From an uncultured Planctomycetaceae bacterium (lineage in GTDB: Bacteria > Planctomycetota > Planctomycetia > Planctomycetales > Planctomycetaceae), in the NCBI GenBank assembly GCA_963815195.1, contig CAWFGE010000018.1, positions 96,001-160,000 of the forward strand: a stretch of DNA of 64,000 nt, written 5' to 3'. Within the stretch, counting starts at the first letter, position 1; the number at the start of each line of letters is the position of its first letter. Position numbers and translations under genes: made by a program. Positions 30,869 through 40,901 of the stretch are shown here, piece by piece. The notes under the pieces were generated by a model. The model did no database searches. It saw only the letters and a program-made list of their open reading frames with translations, and was not told where the DNA came from.

Positions 30869-31513
30869 TTATCTTCCCTGCGTGATTTCTTGCATGTCCT
30901 CCGCGGGCAGTTCGTGCAATCGCCAGCAATACCACGTGGCGACGCTTGCATAAGGCCGCCAGGGTTCCGCCAGCCGGAACGCCGTGGTTTTGTCGGGCAG
31001 GTCTTCTAAATCGTAGAGAATCTTGAGGGCCGACCGCAGGCCGAAGTCGGCGTGCGGGAACACGTCGGGCCGGCCGAGCGCGAAAATCAGAAACATCTGC
31101 GCGGTCCATTCGCCGATGCCCTTTACCGCCGTGAGCTCTGCGATGATCTCGGCGTCCGACTTGCGGCCGATCGTGTTGAGCGTGAGCCGCTCGTCGAGCA
31201 CGTGCGCCGACAGATCGAGCAGATAGCCCGCCTTCTGGCCGGAGAGTCCCGCGGACCGCAACTCCTCGGCTGTTCTCCGGGACAGGCTCTCCGCCGAGAT
31301 GCCCTCGGGCCCGAGCAGTTCCTCCAACCGCCGGCGGATGGCCGCAGCGGCTTTGGTGGAAACCTGCTGCGAGAGAATCGAGCGGACCAGCATCCCAAAG
31401 CGGTCCGCGTTCGGGCGCAGCGTAAACGCCCCCACGCGGACAATCAAACCCCGCATCACCGGATCCGCGTCTTGCAAATGGCCGAGGGCGGCTTCTCGAT
31501 CCTGTCGTCGCAT
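30869..31513 (-). CDS. alkA: DNA-3-methyladenine glycosylase II (HhH-GPD)
   Basis: ILSQQVS, GLSGQKA, VKGIGEWTAQMFLIFALGRPDVFP, WRPYAS. Confidence 0.85.
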   Translation of the reverse strand: MRRQDREAALGHLQDADPVMRGLIVRVGAFTLRPNADRFGMLVRSILSQQVSTKAAAAIRRRLEELLGPEGISAESLSRRTAEELRSAGLSGQKAGYLLDLSAHVLDERLTLNTIGRKSDAEIIAELTAVKGIGEWTAQMFLIFALGRPDVFPHADFGLRSALKILYDLEDLPDKTTAFRLAEPWRPYASVATWYCWRLHELPAEDMQEITQGR

Positions 31514-31614
31514 GGGTCTCCAACTGAATTGGCGAGCAGACCACCCTCCGGCCGGTGCCCGCGTCAGCCCTTTTGATGGCTCCCAAAAAAGAATCGCCGA
31601 ACTCCGCGGATCGA

Positions 31615-32874
31615 TCACCAACCCCAAACCACGGGGGCCGGCAAGGGAGTGGCGTAGTAACCGGGGACATAATACGGAACGACGCCCGCCGGCACCATCC
31701 CGCCGGGAAATGCGTTGTCCGTCCCGGCGGAATAAGGACCGGGCGCGAGAACCGCCCCGGGCAAAATCGGCGCCGGTTTGGCGGATGCCTGCGACTTGTC
31801 GTCGGCGGATGTTTTCGTCTTGGCGAGGGAGGGTTCTTCAGACGTGTTTTCTTGCGTGGGTTTCGTGAAATCGACCATCCAGATATTGCGGAACCGCACG
31901 GGGTTGCCGTGGTTTTGCAGATTGATGGGCAGCGGGTTCGGCCCTTCGCCCACGCGTTTGCCGCCGCCGGTGGGCGTCTTGAGTTCCTGATCCTTCTGCA
32001 CCGCGACGCCGTTTAGGAGCACGGTGAGGCGGGCGTTCTTGATTTTATTCCGCTCTTTGTCGAACCGCGGCGCGGTGAAGGCGATGTCGTAAGTCTGCCA
32101 CTGGAGCGGCGGCAGGCACATGTTCAACAGCGGCTTGTGCTCGCGGTACAGCGAACCGGCTTCGTTGAATGCGCCTTCCAAGCCGAAGGAATCGAGAATC
32201 TGCACTTCGTACCGCCGATGCAAATAGACCCCGCTGTTGGCCCGGCCTTGGCCCCGCGCGTAAGGCATGTACGGCAGGCGAAACTCCAGATGCAACTGAA
32301 AATCCCGGGCGAGCTTGGTGAGGTCCACGCCTTCCTGCAAGAGGCCGTCGTCCGTGATGCGGGCTCCTTTGAGGTATTTCGTCTCCTTGCCGTCGAAGAT
32401 CACCTCGGCATTCGCGGGCGGCTTTTCGCCGAGCGTGGGACTTTGACGGTGGACTTTCTCCAACTGCCCGACGATCTGCTTTTGGGCGGACGCCAGCCGG
32501 GCCTCTCCATCTTTGACGATCACGCGAACCTGCCCGCCGGCGAGTTCGACGCCTTCGGCGGAGCGCGCTCCCGCCAAGGCGAAGCGAGTTTTGCGATCCC
32601 AACCGGAGCCGGGCAAGCCGCCGGGGTAGAGCACCCCAATAAACTCTCCGCCGCCTTGGGCGACGACCTGCAATCCGAACTTTTTCGCGTGCCAGCCCGC
32701 CGGGGCGTTCTCGATAATTTCGCCGCTGTATTCGCCCTGATCGGCAAAATCGGCATCGACCTTCTTCAAATCGGTGATGGCGGTTTTCGGGTTTTGTGCC
32801 CAAACTCCGGCGGGTCCGGCGGCCAAAACCAACAGGCCGCACACCGCCGGCCCCCAGAAACGTCGCGTTTGCAT
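31615..32874 (-). CDS. Secreted DUF1080 (3-keto-disaccharide hydrolase-like) protein
   Basis: Signal peptide; LHLEFR, GRANSGVY, EVQILDS, WQTYDI, LQNHGNPVRFRNIW. Confidence 0.88.
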   Translation of the reverse strand: MQTRRFWGPAVCGLLVLAAGPAGVWAQNPKTAITDLKKVDADFADQGEYSGEIIENAPAGWHAKKFGLQVVAQGGGEFIGVLYPGGLPGSGWDRKTRFALAGARSAEGVELAGGQVRVIVKDGEARLASAQKQIVGQLEKVHRQSPTLGEKPPANAEVIFDGKETKYLKGARITDDGLLQEGVDLTKLARDFQLHLEFRLPYMPYARGQGRANSGVYLHRRYEVQILDSFGLEGAFNEAGSLYREHKPLLNMCLPPLQWQTYDIAFTAPRFDKERNKIKNARLTVLLNGVAVQKDQELKTPTGGGKRVGEGPNPLPINLQNHGNPVRFRNIWMVDFTKPTQENTSEEPSLAKTKTSADDKSQASAKPAPILPGAVLAPGPYSAGTDNAFPGGMVPAGVVPYYVPGYYATPLPAPVVWGW

Positions 32875-33171
32875 CGTGGTGTCTCTCCTCAAGCAGCTTG
32901 CGTTAAATATGGCATGATCTGTTAAGTTTAACAGTCTGGAGACCCCCAGGGGCAACCGCAAGTCCGGCAAAAAGGGAAAATTCTCGCGTGCCCCAAAGCA
33001 ACGGCGTCGCAGATCATGGGACCGCTTGCCGGCGCCCTTACTTCATGGTGAAATAAATCTGCCCCGTTCGTCTAATGAGTAGGATTCCGGTTCGTCAGAC
33101 CGGAGATGGAGGTGCGATGCCTCCACGGGGCCGTCCATCACCGTGAATTGCTCCACCCGTTCTGCAGGTCG

Positions 33172-35061
33172 TCAGCGGCTGACGTTTGCAGGCGTTGCGA
33201 TTGTGATCTTAGGCCGCGGCGGCGCGGGCATGTCGGGGCCCAGATAAAACCCCGGATGCGCGGGCTGATTGTAACTCACATTCTGCCAGGCGACGCCCAA
33301 CCGGTAGATGGGATCGTGCATCAGCGTGGGGAAGCGGTGCCGGGTGGGGATCGTTGTGGTGAAGATTCTGAGTTCCTTGCCATCCTCGGTGCGGGCGATC
33401 AATTCTTCCCGCCAGTCGCCGAGAACGTCGGCACACAGACAAGGATTCGATTTCGAGCCGTTGTTGGACACGCAGCCCAACTCCCGCCCGTCGAAGAGAG
33501 GCCGCTCGGTGCCGGCTTGATAATCCCACTTCATGACGCGCACGCCGTCCAACAGTTCCCGAAGCAGATCGCCGTCCCACCAGATGCCCATGTTGCAGGT
33601 TCGCGGCTCGCGGCCGGGGATCTGTTCTCCTCGAGCGGAAAACAATCCTTCGACGCCTTGGCCTTTACCCCACATTTCCAAGCCGGGAAACCGCGGATCG
33701 ATGTCCAACGCACACGCCCGCCCCACGCCGACGCGGCCCGTCGATCGGCGGGCAAACAGTTGCTTCCCGGTGCGGGCGTCGCGAAGTTCGATGCCGGCGG
33801 GATTGGCTCGGTCGCCGTTGGCTTTGAAGATTTCGAGCCCGGGCCGCTTGGGGTCGATGTCGCTGAAGTGCATCGCATCGCCGTGCCCGAAGCCCGTGGA
33901 ATAGAGCCCCGTGCCGTCGTCGTCGATCACACACGAGCCGTAGAGAATCTCATCCTTGCCGTCGCCGTCCACATCGCCCACGCTCAAATTGTGATTGCCT
34001 TGCCCGCGGTAGGCCCGGTTCGTCTCGGGGCCGGCGTCGCTGTCGAACGTCCAACGCCGAGTGAGTTCGCCGTCTCGCCAATCCCAGGCGGCGAGCACGG
34101 TCCGCGTATAATAGCCCCGGCACATCACCAGACTCGGACGCCGGCCGTCAAGATATGCGATACAGGCCAGAAAGCGATCCACGCGGTTCCCATAATCGTC
34201 GCCCCAGCCGCGGATGTCGCCCCGCGGCGGAATGTAGTCCACCGTCTTGAGCGCTTTCCCCGTGCGGCCGTCGAAGATCGTCAGGAACTCCGGGCCGGCG
34301 AGGATTTTTCCCTGCGTGCGCTGCTCGCGGCTGCGATGGTCCGCCTCAGCGTCGCCGATGACCTGGCCGGTTCCGTCCACCGTGCCGTCGGCCGTTTTGC
34401 ACGCGACCTCGGCCCGGCCGTCGCCGTCCAGATCGTAAACCATGAACTGCGTGTAATGGGCCCCTTCGCGGATGTTTTTGCCCAGGTTAATCCGCCACAG
34501 AAACGTCCCGTCCAACTTGTAGGCTTCCAGGATCGGCTCGCTTGTGAACCCGCTTTGCGAGTTGTCCCGGCCGCGTCCGACTTGATGCAGCACAATTTCG
34601 TATCGGCCGTCGCCGTCCAAATCGCCCACGGAGGCATCGTTGGGCGAATAACCCTCCGGCGTCTTGAGCGGAATCGAAAGATAAGGCCGAGCCGCGGCGC
34701 CCGCGGGCAATTCGACCGCCCGGCTCGCCGCGCCCTCCTGGCCTTGATGAACCGCGCGAAGGAAATATGTCAGGGCCTGGCGGTTGTTGAGATTCTGGTC
34801 CACATAACAAGTGGCCTCGGTGAGGGGTTCTGCGGTGAGTTTCTGCGGCTCGCCGTCTCCGGCGGTGCGGTAAACATGGAACGCCGTGTGTTCGGGATCC
34901 GTCCCCAACAACCGCCAGCTGAGGAACACGGTCTGTTCGTCCGGCCGAACGGCCACCAGCCCGCGATCCAGGTATTCCATTTGCCGTTGGGCCAAGGCGA
35001 GATTGTTGAGAATCGCCGCCCACGCCAAAATCCCCACGCCGGCCGCCAAAAACTTTTGCAT
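33172..35061 (-). CDS. Rhamnogalacturonan lyase, PL11 (YesW/YesX-like)
   Basis: QMEYLDRGLVA, DLDGDG Ca-binding repeats, GAHYTQFMVYD, RGYYTR, GHGDAMH, TLMHDPIYR. Confidence 0.92.
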   Translation of the reverse strand: MQKFLAAGVGILAWAAILNNLALAQRQMEYLDRGLVAVRPDEQTVFLSWRLLGTDPEHTAFHVYRTAGDGEPQKLTAEPLTEATCYVDQNLNNRQALTYFLRAVHQGQEGAASRAVELPAGAAARPYLSIPLKTPEGYSPNDASVGDLDGDGRYEIVLHQVGRGRDNSQSGFTSEPILEAYKLDGTFLWRINLGKNIREGAHYTQFMVYDLDGDGRAEVACKTADGTVDGTGQVIGDAEADHRSREQRTQGKILAGPEFLTIFDGRTGKALKTVDYIPPRGDIRGWGDDYGNRVDRFLACIAYLDGRRPSLVMCRGYYTRTVLAAWDWRDGELTRRWTFDSDAGPETNRAYRGQGNHNLSVGDVDGDGKDEILYGSCVIDDDGTGLYSTGFGHGDAMHFSDIDPKRPGLEIFKANGDRANPAGIELRDARTGKQLFARRSTGRVGVGRACALDIDPRFPGLEMWGKGQGVEGLFSARGEQIPGREPRTCNMGIWWDGDLLRELLDGVRVMKWDYQAGTERPLFDGRELGCVSNNGSKSNPCLCADVLGDWREELIARTEDGKELRIFTTTIPTRHRFPTLMHDPIYRLGVAWQNVSYNQPAHPGFYLGPDMPAPPRPKITIATPANVSR

Positions 35062-35072
35062 CGTTCCGCCTC

Positions 35073-35963
35073 TCAATGGGTTTCCGTCGGCAACTCCACG
35101 CGGGCGAAGAACTGCCACGCGGTCCAGTCGTGAAACCACGCTTGCAGCTGCCCGGCCAGGTCCTCGAAATCCGTGTCCGCGTTTTCCAGAGCCAAGGCAA
35201 TCGCGCCTCCCAGCGGCTGCCCCACGAGCAATTGCGAAAGCAGGTCAAACTGCACCCGCGACAGCGGAACCCGGCGGACGATGAAATCCCGGCGGACAAT
35301 GGCCAGGCACGTCGCCGCCGGGGCGGGAATGGTCGCGGAATCCTCGTGGCGGACCGCAGTGATATATTCGTGGACCGGAAAGCGAAACGCCTCCAACCGC
35401 AGCGAAGGCACGGGGATGAGTTTTACCTCCGGCCACGCCTCCGGAGGAATGCCTTCGAGATCGGCGGGTGCCAACGGCGATTGCCCTTCGGAGCCCGGGC
35501 CGTCGAAGACTTCGCTGTAGATCCGTTCGAGCGTCGCCAGGTCCACGAGAAAGTTCCCCCACGCGGCCGCTTGGTCCGCGGAGTCCGGCTGCGTCTCGGC
35601 GAGAAACCGCGGAAAATTCGCCCCCAACCGCGCGAGGGTGTAACTCTGCGAAGGGTAGCTCTGCAAATAGCCCATCGCAAAGGCGTCGAATGCCTCCGCT
35701 CCCACCGCCGCCGCCACGGCGGGAAACTCATCCCGCAGGCACTCCACCAGCCGCGCGTAATACGCGTTGCCGTAGATTTGCAGACGCTCCAAACTCGTCA
35801 ACGATTTGGATCGCGTGACGACTCGATCCACGTCAGCCGGCGAGATGGGAATCTGCTGTTGGGCGGCTTCGGACATCACGCCCGCCGCTGCGCCATCGGG
35901 ATGCGAAATCACCGATTGCATCCAGCGCTCGATCTGTTGAAGTTGGAGCGGGTCGGTGGGCAT
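35073..35963 (-). CDS. MNIO partner protein (DUF2063 / HvfC-BufC family)
   Basis: RLQIYGNAYYARLVECL..EFP, YPSQSYTLARLGANFPRFL, DLATLE; directly after DUF692. Confidence 0.85.
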   Translation of the reverse strand: MPTDPLQLQQIERWMQSVISHPDGAAAGVMSEAAQQQIPISPADVDRVVTRSKSLTSLERLQIYGNAYYARLVECLRDEFPAVAAAVGAEAFDAFAMGYLQSYPSQSYTLARLGANFPRFLAETQPDSADQAAAWGNFLVDLATLERIYSEVFDGPGSEGQSPLAPADLEGIPPEAWPEVKLIPVPSLRLEAFRFPVHEYITAVRHEDSATIPAPAATCLAIVRRDFIVRRVPLSRVQFDLLSQLLVGQPLGGAIALALENADTDFEDLAGQLQAWFHDWTAWQFFARVELPTETH

Positions 35964-35967
35964 GGGT

Positions 35968-36897
35968 CTATTCCACTTCCGCGACAACATAAGTCGCCGG
36001 GTGCGGCACGGTGCGGGCTTTGTCGTCCGCTTCGTCCGATGAACTCGTTGAGGAGGGCGGCCGTTCTTTCAGATCGCGGGAAATGTGCTGGCGGGCTTTG
36101 AGCACCTCGGCGTGCAGGATCGGAAACTCCGGGATCTTCGCGTCCCATTCGAGCAGCGTGGAAACGCCGCCCGTCAGTTCATGGGCCAGCCGATACAACT
36201 CCCACACCGGATCAATCACGTGCCCGTCGTGCGTATCGATGATGTGCGTCCCGCAGTTTGTGTGTCCCGCCAGGTGGAACTGCACGACCCGGTCGTGAGG
36301 CAGTTCCTCGAGATACTCCCGCGGATCCAGATCGTGGTTCACGCTGGAGACGTAAACATTATTCACATCCAAGAGCAATCCGCAGCCCGATTCCTCGGTC
36401 ATGCGGGTAAGGAACTCCCACTCGCTCATCGTGGATTGGGCGAAGGTGAGATAGCTGCTGGGGTTCTCCAGAACCAGCGGCCTCTCCAAAACCTCTTGCA
36501 CGGTCTTGATCCGCCGGACCACATGCGCGAGGGTGTCCTCGTTAAAGGGGATGGGCAACAGGTCGTGCGCATTTCGGCCCGCGACTCCCGTCCAGCACAC
36601 ATGGTCCGAAACCCACGCCGCGGGAAGCGCATCGGCGAGGCGTTTGAGCTTCTGGAGATAGTCGCGGTCCAGGGCATCCGTGCTGCCGATGGACAGCGAG
36701 ACGCCGTGCATCACAATCGGATACCGCTCCGCGATCCGGTCGAGCACATACCGCGGCCGGCCTTGGGAATCCATATAGTTTTCGGAGATGATCTCGAACC
36801 AATCCACCTCCGGCCAGTGGTCGAGAATGTACGGATAATGCACCGACCGCAAGCCGAGGCCGAAACCGAGATTGGGATAACCGAGACGTTTTTGCAT
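35968..36897 (-). CDS. DUF692 multinuclear non-heme iron oxidative enzyme (MNIO)
   Basis: [58 protein letters not shown]. Confidence 0.93.
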   Translation of the reverse strand: MQKRLGYPNLGFGLGLRSVHYPYILDHWPEVDWFEIISENYMDSQGRPRYVLDRIAERYPIVMHGVSLSIGSTDALDRDYLQKLKRLADALPAAWVSDHVCWTGVAGRNAHDLLPIPFNEDTLAHVVRRIKTVQEVLERPLVLENPSSYLTFAQSTMSEWEFLTRMTEESGCGLLLDVNNVYVSSVNHDLDPREYLEELPHDRVVQFHLAGHTNCGTHIIDTHDGHVIDPVWELYRLAHELTGGVSTLLEWDAKIPEFPILHAEVLKARQHISRDLKERPPSSTSSSDEADDKARTVPHPATYVVAEVE

Positions 36898-36912
36898 GAG
36901 ATTTTAAAGTGA

Positions 36913-36992
36913 TTAGCCGCAGGGGGGCACCGCCCGCAGGGTGGTCCGCCCCGGTTCACGAGCAGAACCGGATGCTAGCGCATTCCGGCGGA
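36913..36992. repeat. REP-like palindromic element, family A (plus partial copy 37003-37025)
   Basis: Near-identical to the reverse complement of 7922-8001; lies between precursor and MNIO genes. Confidence 0.75.
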
Positions 36993-37046
36993 TCATTTCT
37001 CATTAGCCGCAGCGCGCTAGCCCCGCTTCGCGAGCAGAACGCCGAT

Positions 37047-37559
37047 TTATGAGGCTTCCGTTTTGGGAGGCCCGGGCGGTTCTTTGGGGAGCATGTCGGC
37101 TTTGCCGGCTTTTTCCATGTCAGCCTTGAATTTTTTGTAGGCCGTTTTCCAGGCGTCTTCCATCAACGGCACACTGCATCCGCCCTTGCCTTTGCAGGCG
37201 TTGGAGCCCGCCGTGTCGCCGCAGCCGCCTTGGTTCTTACAGGCGTTTTGACCGTTGCAGGCATGTTTGACTTTTGGCGAAGCGCATTCGCCTTGACCGG
37301 CGCACGCGTTCTTGCCGGTTTTGCCTTTGCCTTTGCAGGCATTCAAACCCCGGCACACGTGCAACCCTGCCCAACCGACTTCGGCGACTTCGCTCCCGCC
37401 GCCGGGCTTCTCGTTGCCGGCTCCTTCTTCGTTCGACTTGGCATCGCTTTTCTCGGTCTTTTTGCCCGCGCAGCCGATCACGGAACCGGCCATCATGCCG
37501 CCCATCGCGGCCATCGTCAGCTTATGGAAATCTCGACGATTCACAGGATCTTGCTTCAT
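37047..37559 (-). CDS. Cys-rich MNIO precursor (bufferin BufA2-like repeats) with Tat and lipoprotein signal
   Basis: NRRDF twin-Arg, VIG|C lipobox-like Cys30, four NAC(K/A)xxG repeats, 9 Cys in the core; AAAGGA RBS; first gene of the DUF692 operon. Confidence 0.8.
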   Translation of the reverse strand: MKQDPVNRRDFHKLTMAAMGGMMAGSVIGCAGKKTEKSDAKSNEEGAGNEKPGGGSEVAEVGWAGLHVCRGLNACKGKGKTGKNACAGQGECASPKVKHACNGQNACKNQGGCGDTAGSNACKGKGGCSVPLMEDAWKTAYKKFKADMEKAGKADMLPKEPPGPPKTEAS

Positions 37560-37708
37560 CTCCGTCCTTTCAAAAAATGGGGCCGTTTGCTCGACCGGCG
37601 GTTGCCGGTCTGCCCGTTAATCTCTCAGAACGCGGCCCCGACCGTCAACCCTCTTAGGGCGAAAATGGGTTTGGGGAGATTGCATCTTTTCTCAAACTGT
37701 AGGCCTTT

Positions 37709-37850
37709 GGGTGGCTGGGCGCAAATCCCGCTTGGAATGAGGTTGGAATTGCGAATGCTGGGGCTGTGTCCGGGCGAGAAAACTCTCACACCGCCCCAGG
37801 CCTCAAATCTCCTTTTTTCTTGGAACATTCCTTTGCGCCCCAGCCAGCCC
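37709..37850. repeat. Nested-palindrome MITE/REP-like element, family B copy 2
   Basis: Shares gggtggctggg..gcgcaa, gaattgcgaatgctggggctgtg and tttgcgccccagcca with 28987-29128. Confidence 0.75.
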
Positions 37851-37896
37851 CTCCGCTTTCGAGTTTCTGTTTGAGATCTTCGGTTTCAACTGCCGA

Positions 37897-37971
37897 GTTC
37901 GACCCACGGCGGCAAGATGCCGCCGCGACGAGTTGCGTTCGACCCACGGCGGCAAGATGCCGCCGCGACGA
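37897..37971. repeat. Two direct copies (period 40) of a 35-bp REP-like palindrome
   Basis: gttcgacccacggcggcaagatgccgccgcgacga at 37897-37931 and 37937-37971. Confidence 0.8.
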
Positions 37972-38189
37972 CGCGGACGCTTTTCCACTTGAGCGAAAAG
38001 TTCGTTCCCATTTCACGGTCAACCAGCGTTTGCAAATCGGCGTGCCTCGGCGTTATAGTTGCATCCTTCCGGGACTTCCGGTCTTTGCAGGACGAAAAAC
38101 AGGTCGCCTTTCAGTCGAGGGAGAAAGACCGCGGAGCGCGGCGGGAGTTGTGAATACTCCCCATCTCCCTCTCATCATTGAGGAACAAC

Positions 38190-39263
38190 ATGGCAACGGG
38201 CTTTGGAATTGTCGGCTGCGGGATGATCGCGAATTTTCACGCCAAGGCGATCGAGAACATCCGCAATGCGAAACTGGTGGGCTGCTTCGACATGATCCCG
38301 CAGGCGGTGGACCGCTACGCCTCAGAACAAGGCTGCGCGGGGTATCACAACCTGGACGAGATGCTCGCCAACCCCGAGGTGGACGTCGTCACTATCTGCA
38401 CGCCTAGCGGAGCCCACATGGACCCCGCGGTCGCGGCGGCGAAAGCCGGCAAGCACGTGATCGTCGAAAAGCCTTTGGAAATCACGCTCAAGCGCTGCGA
38501 TCGGGTCATCAAAGCCTGCGAAGACAACAAAGTGCAGCTCGGCACGATCATGCCTTCGCGGTTCAGCCCGGCGAACATCGAACTCAAAAACGCCATCCAG
38601 AAAGGCCGCTTCGGCAAACTGACCCTGGGCGACACCTACGTCAAATGGTGGCGAAGCCAGGAATATTACGACAGCGGCGGCTGGCGCGGGACCTGGAAGC
38701 TCGACGGCGGCGGGGCCTACATGAACCAGGCGATCCACAACGTCGATCTGTTGTATTGGTTCATGGGCGATGTGGCCGAGGTTGCGGGCGTCACCGGGAC
38801 GCTCGCCCACGAGCGAATCGAAGTCGAAGACGTCGGAGCCGCGTGCGTCCGGTTCAAAAGCGGCGCCTTGGGCGTGTTGGAAGCCACGACGAGCGCCTTT
38901 CCGGGCCTCTTGAAACGGACGGAAATCCACGGCACCTCTGGCTCGGCCATCGTCGAGCAGGACAACATCAAGCTCTGGTCCTTTGCCAAGGAAATCAAAC
39001 GCGACGCCGAGGTCCGCGAGAAGTATTCCACCAAAGCCGGCACCGGCGGAGCGGCCGACCCGAAGGCGATCGACTTCACCGGCCATATGCTGCAGTTCAA
39101 GGATTTTTTGAAAGCCCTGGACAAAGGCGAAAAGCCATTGGTCGACGGCTACGAAGGCCGCAAGAGCGTGGAGATCATCCTTGCGATCTACAAATCCTCC
39201 TGGACCGGCCGCCGCGTGGAACTCCCGTTGAAATCCGACCCGAAGATTCCGAAAACCAACTAA
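38190..39263 (+). CDS. Gfo/Idh/MocA-family oxidoreductase
   Basis: GIVGCGMIA, CTPSGAH, VEKP, GGGAYMNQAIHNVD. Confidence 0.92.
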   Translation: MATGFGIVGCGMIANFHAKAIENIRNAKLVGCFDMIPQAVDRYASEQGCAGYHNLDEMLANPEVDVVTICTPSGAHMDPAVAAAKAGKHVIVEKPLEITLKRCDRVIKACEDNKVQLGTIMPSRFSPANIELKNAIQKGRFGKLTLGDTYVKWWRSQEYYDSGGWRGTWKLDGGGAYMNQAIHNVDLLYWFMGDVAEVAGVTGTLAHERIEVEDVGAACVRFKSGALGVLEATTSAFPGLLKRTEIHGTSGSAIVEQDNIKLWSFAKEIKRDAEVREKYSTKAGTGGAADPKAIDFTGHMLQFKDFLKALDKGEKPLVDGYEGRKSVEIILAIYKSSWTGRRVELPLKSDPKIPKTN

Positions 39264-39284
39264 ACCCCGGGAACGCTCGCGAGA

Positions 39285-40430
39285 TCATCCCGCGGTTGAC
39301 GCTCTGAGGCGATTGACGACCGTGGTGATGCGGCTAACGGCTTCGGTGATTTCATCCTCGGTGTTGTCGAAGGCGGCGCTGAAGCGGACGGCGGAGCGGG
39401 AGCGGTCTTCGCCCACGCCCATCGCCACGAGCGCCGGGGCGGGTTCCATCGATCCGCTGGCGCAGGTGCTGCCGAGCGAGCAGGCGACGCCTTCCAGGTC
39501 CAAGGCGACCAAGAGGGCTTCGCCGTCGAGGCCGGGGAAGGAGATATTGAGGGTGTTGGGCAGGCGGTGCTCCTGGGAGCCGTTGACTTCCACCGGCGGG
39601 CAGTTTTCTTCAAGGCCCTTTTGCAACCGGTCCCGGAGGGCCCCGACGCGGGCGGTGCGGTGTTCCGCATCGGCGTGCCAAAGCTCCAAGGCTTTCGCCA
39701 TGCCTGCGATTAAGGCCACACATTCGGTGCCCGGCCGCCGGCCCTGCTCTTGATGCCCGCCGAACAGCCAAGGCGAGAGTTCCACGCCTTCCGTGAGCAA
39801 AAGCGCTCCGATCCCGCGCGGGCCGTGGAACTCTGTGCGCGCCAGGCTCAGCGCGGTCGCGCCCAACTCGCGAAAGTTGACGGGGATCTTGCCGACGGCC
39901 TGCACGGCATCGACGTGCAGCGGCACGTGGTGTTTCCGGCAGCGCTCGGCGAGCGGCGCCAGATCCTGGATCACGCCGGTCTCGTTGTGAGCCAGGATGA
40001 CGGTCACCAATCGCAGCTCGTTCCACGAAAGGTTTTCGAACTGGTTGGTAAGCAACCGGCCTTCGGGGTTGACCTTGAGCACGATCTGCTTCCAACCGCG
40101 GTGTTTTTCGAGCCAATGGCAGCATTCGAGCGTGGCGGGGTGTTCGCCCTGGGTGAGGGCGATTTTGCCCGGATCGCCGCCGGTGAGGCCGAAGACGGCG
40201 GAGTTCGTCGATTCCGTTCCGCCGCTGGTGAACACAATTTCCTTGGGGCCCGCGCCCAGGATTTCCGCCATCGATTCGCGGGCGTCTTCCAGGACCCGGC
40301 GGGCTTTGCGGCCCAAAGAATGCCGGCTGCCGGGATTGGCGAAGCTGTCGGTCATGTGCCGGCTCATCGTTTCCACCACGTCGGGCCAAGGCCGGGTGGT
40401 TGCGTTGTTGTCGAGATAAATCGGTTTCAC
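39285..40430 (-). CDS. Cysteine desulfurase (IscS/NifS family)
   Basis: YLDNNATT, FTSGGTES, HNETG, HVDAVQAVGK, catalytic GSTC; PLP-lysine motif locally scrambled (see findings). Confidence 0.88.
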   Translation of the reverse strand: MKPIYLDNNATTRPWPDVVETMSRHMTDSFANPGSRHSLGRKARRVLEDARESMAEILGAGPKEIVFTSGGTESTNSAVFGLTGGDPGKIALTQGEHPATLECCHWLEKHRGWKQIVLKVNPEGRLLTNQFENLSWNELRLVTVILAHNETGVIQDLAPLAERCRKHHVPLHVDAVQAVGKIPVNFRELGATALSLARTEFHGPRGIGALLLTEGVELSPWLFGGHQEQGRRPGTECVALIAGMAKALELWHADAEHRTARVGALRDRLQKGLEENCPPVEVNGSQEHRLPNTLNISFPGLDGEALLVALDLEGVACSLGSTCASGSMEPAPALVAMGVGEDRSRSAVRFSAAFDNTEDEITEAVSRITTVVNRLRASTAG

Positions 40431-40901
40431 GGCAGAGGCTCTTTAGGGTTCTTCGGGCGAATGAGGGGGGCAACGACGACGGTGTGAAAGAATATCTTCT
40501 GTGCTCTTTCACCTCCCCAAAGATCATCACACAAAAAGATCATCCACGTCTACCCCCCGATTCGCCGGAAGAGCCCTCTTCCCATCGGTGCTTAAGATCA
40601 CGCTTGAAATCGGGGGAATTCTAACGGAATCCGCAGCGGCGGGAACCCTTCGTGGGGTTTCGGTTTTCGGTTTTGGCAAGTCGAGCCGTCCGAGGCCACA
40701 GACCGCGGCCGCCAAACTGGAGAAGCCGGACGGCTGGGGAGTCTGTGGAATCGGCTGCGATTCGGGAAGAAGAAGGTTTCTGCGTCCTGGGAAAGGTGTT
40801 AACATATTTTCTTGTGGAGGATACACTTGGAAGGAACGGCGTTTTTGGCGGGATAGGACGTTCTGGTTTGTTTTCCGTAGATTTGGCACGACGAGGCGGG
40901 A

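Noticed and set aside
37897..37971. Two 35-bp direct repeats as a possible mini-CRISPR
   Set aside because: Spacer only 5 bp, two units, no cas genes; fits a REP doublet
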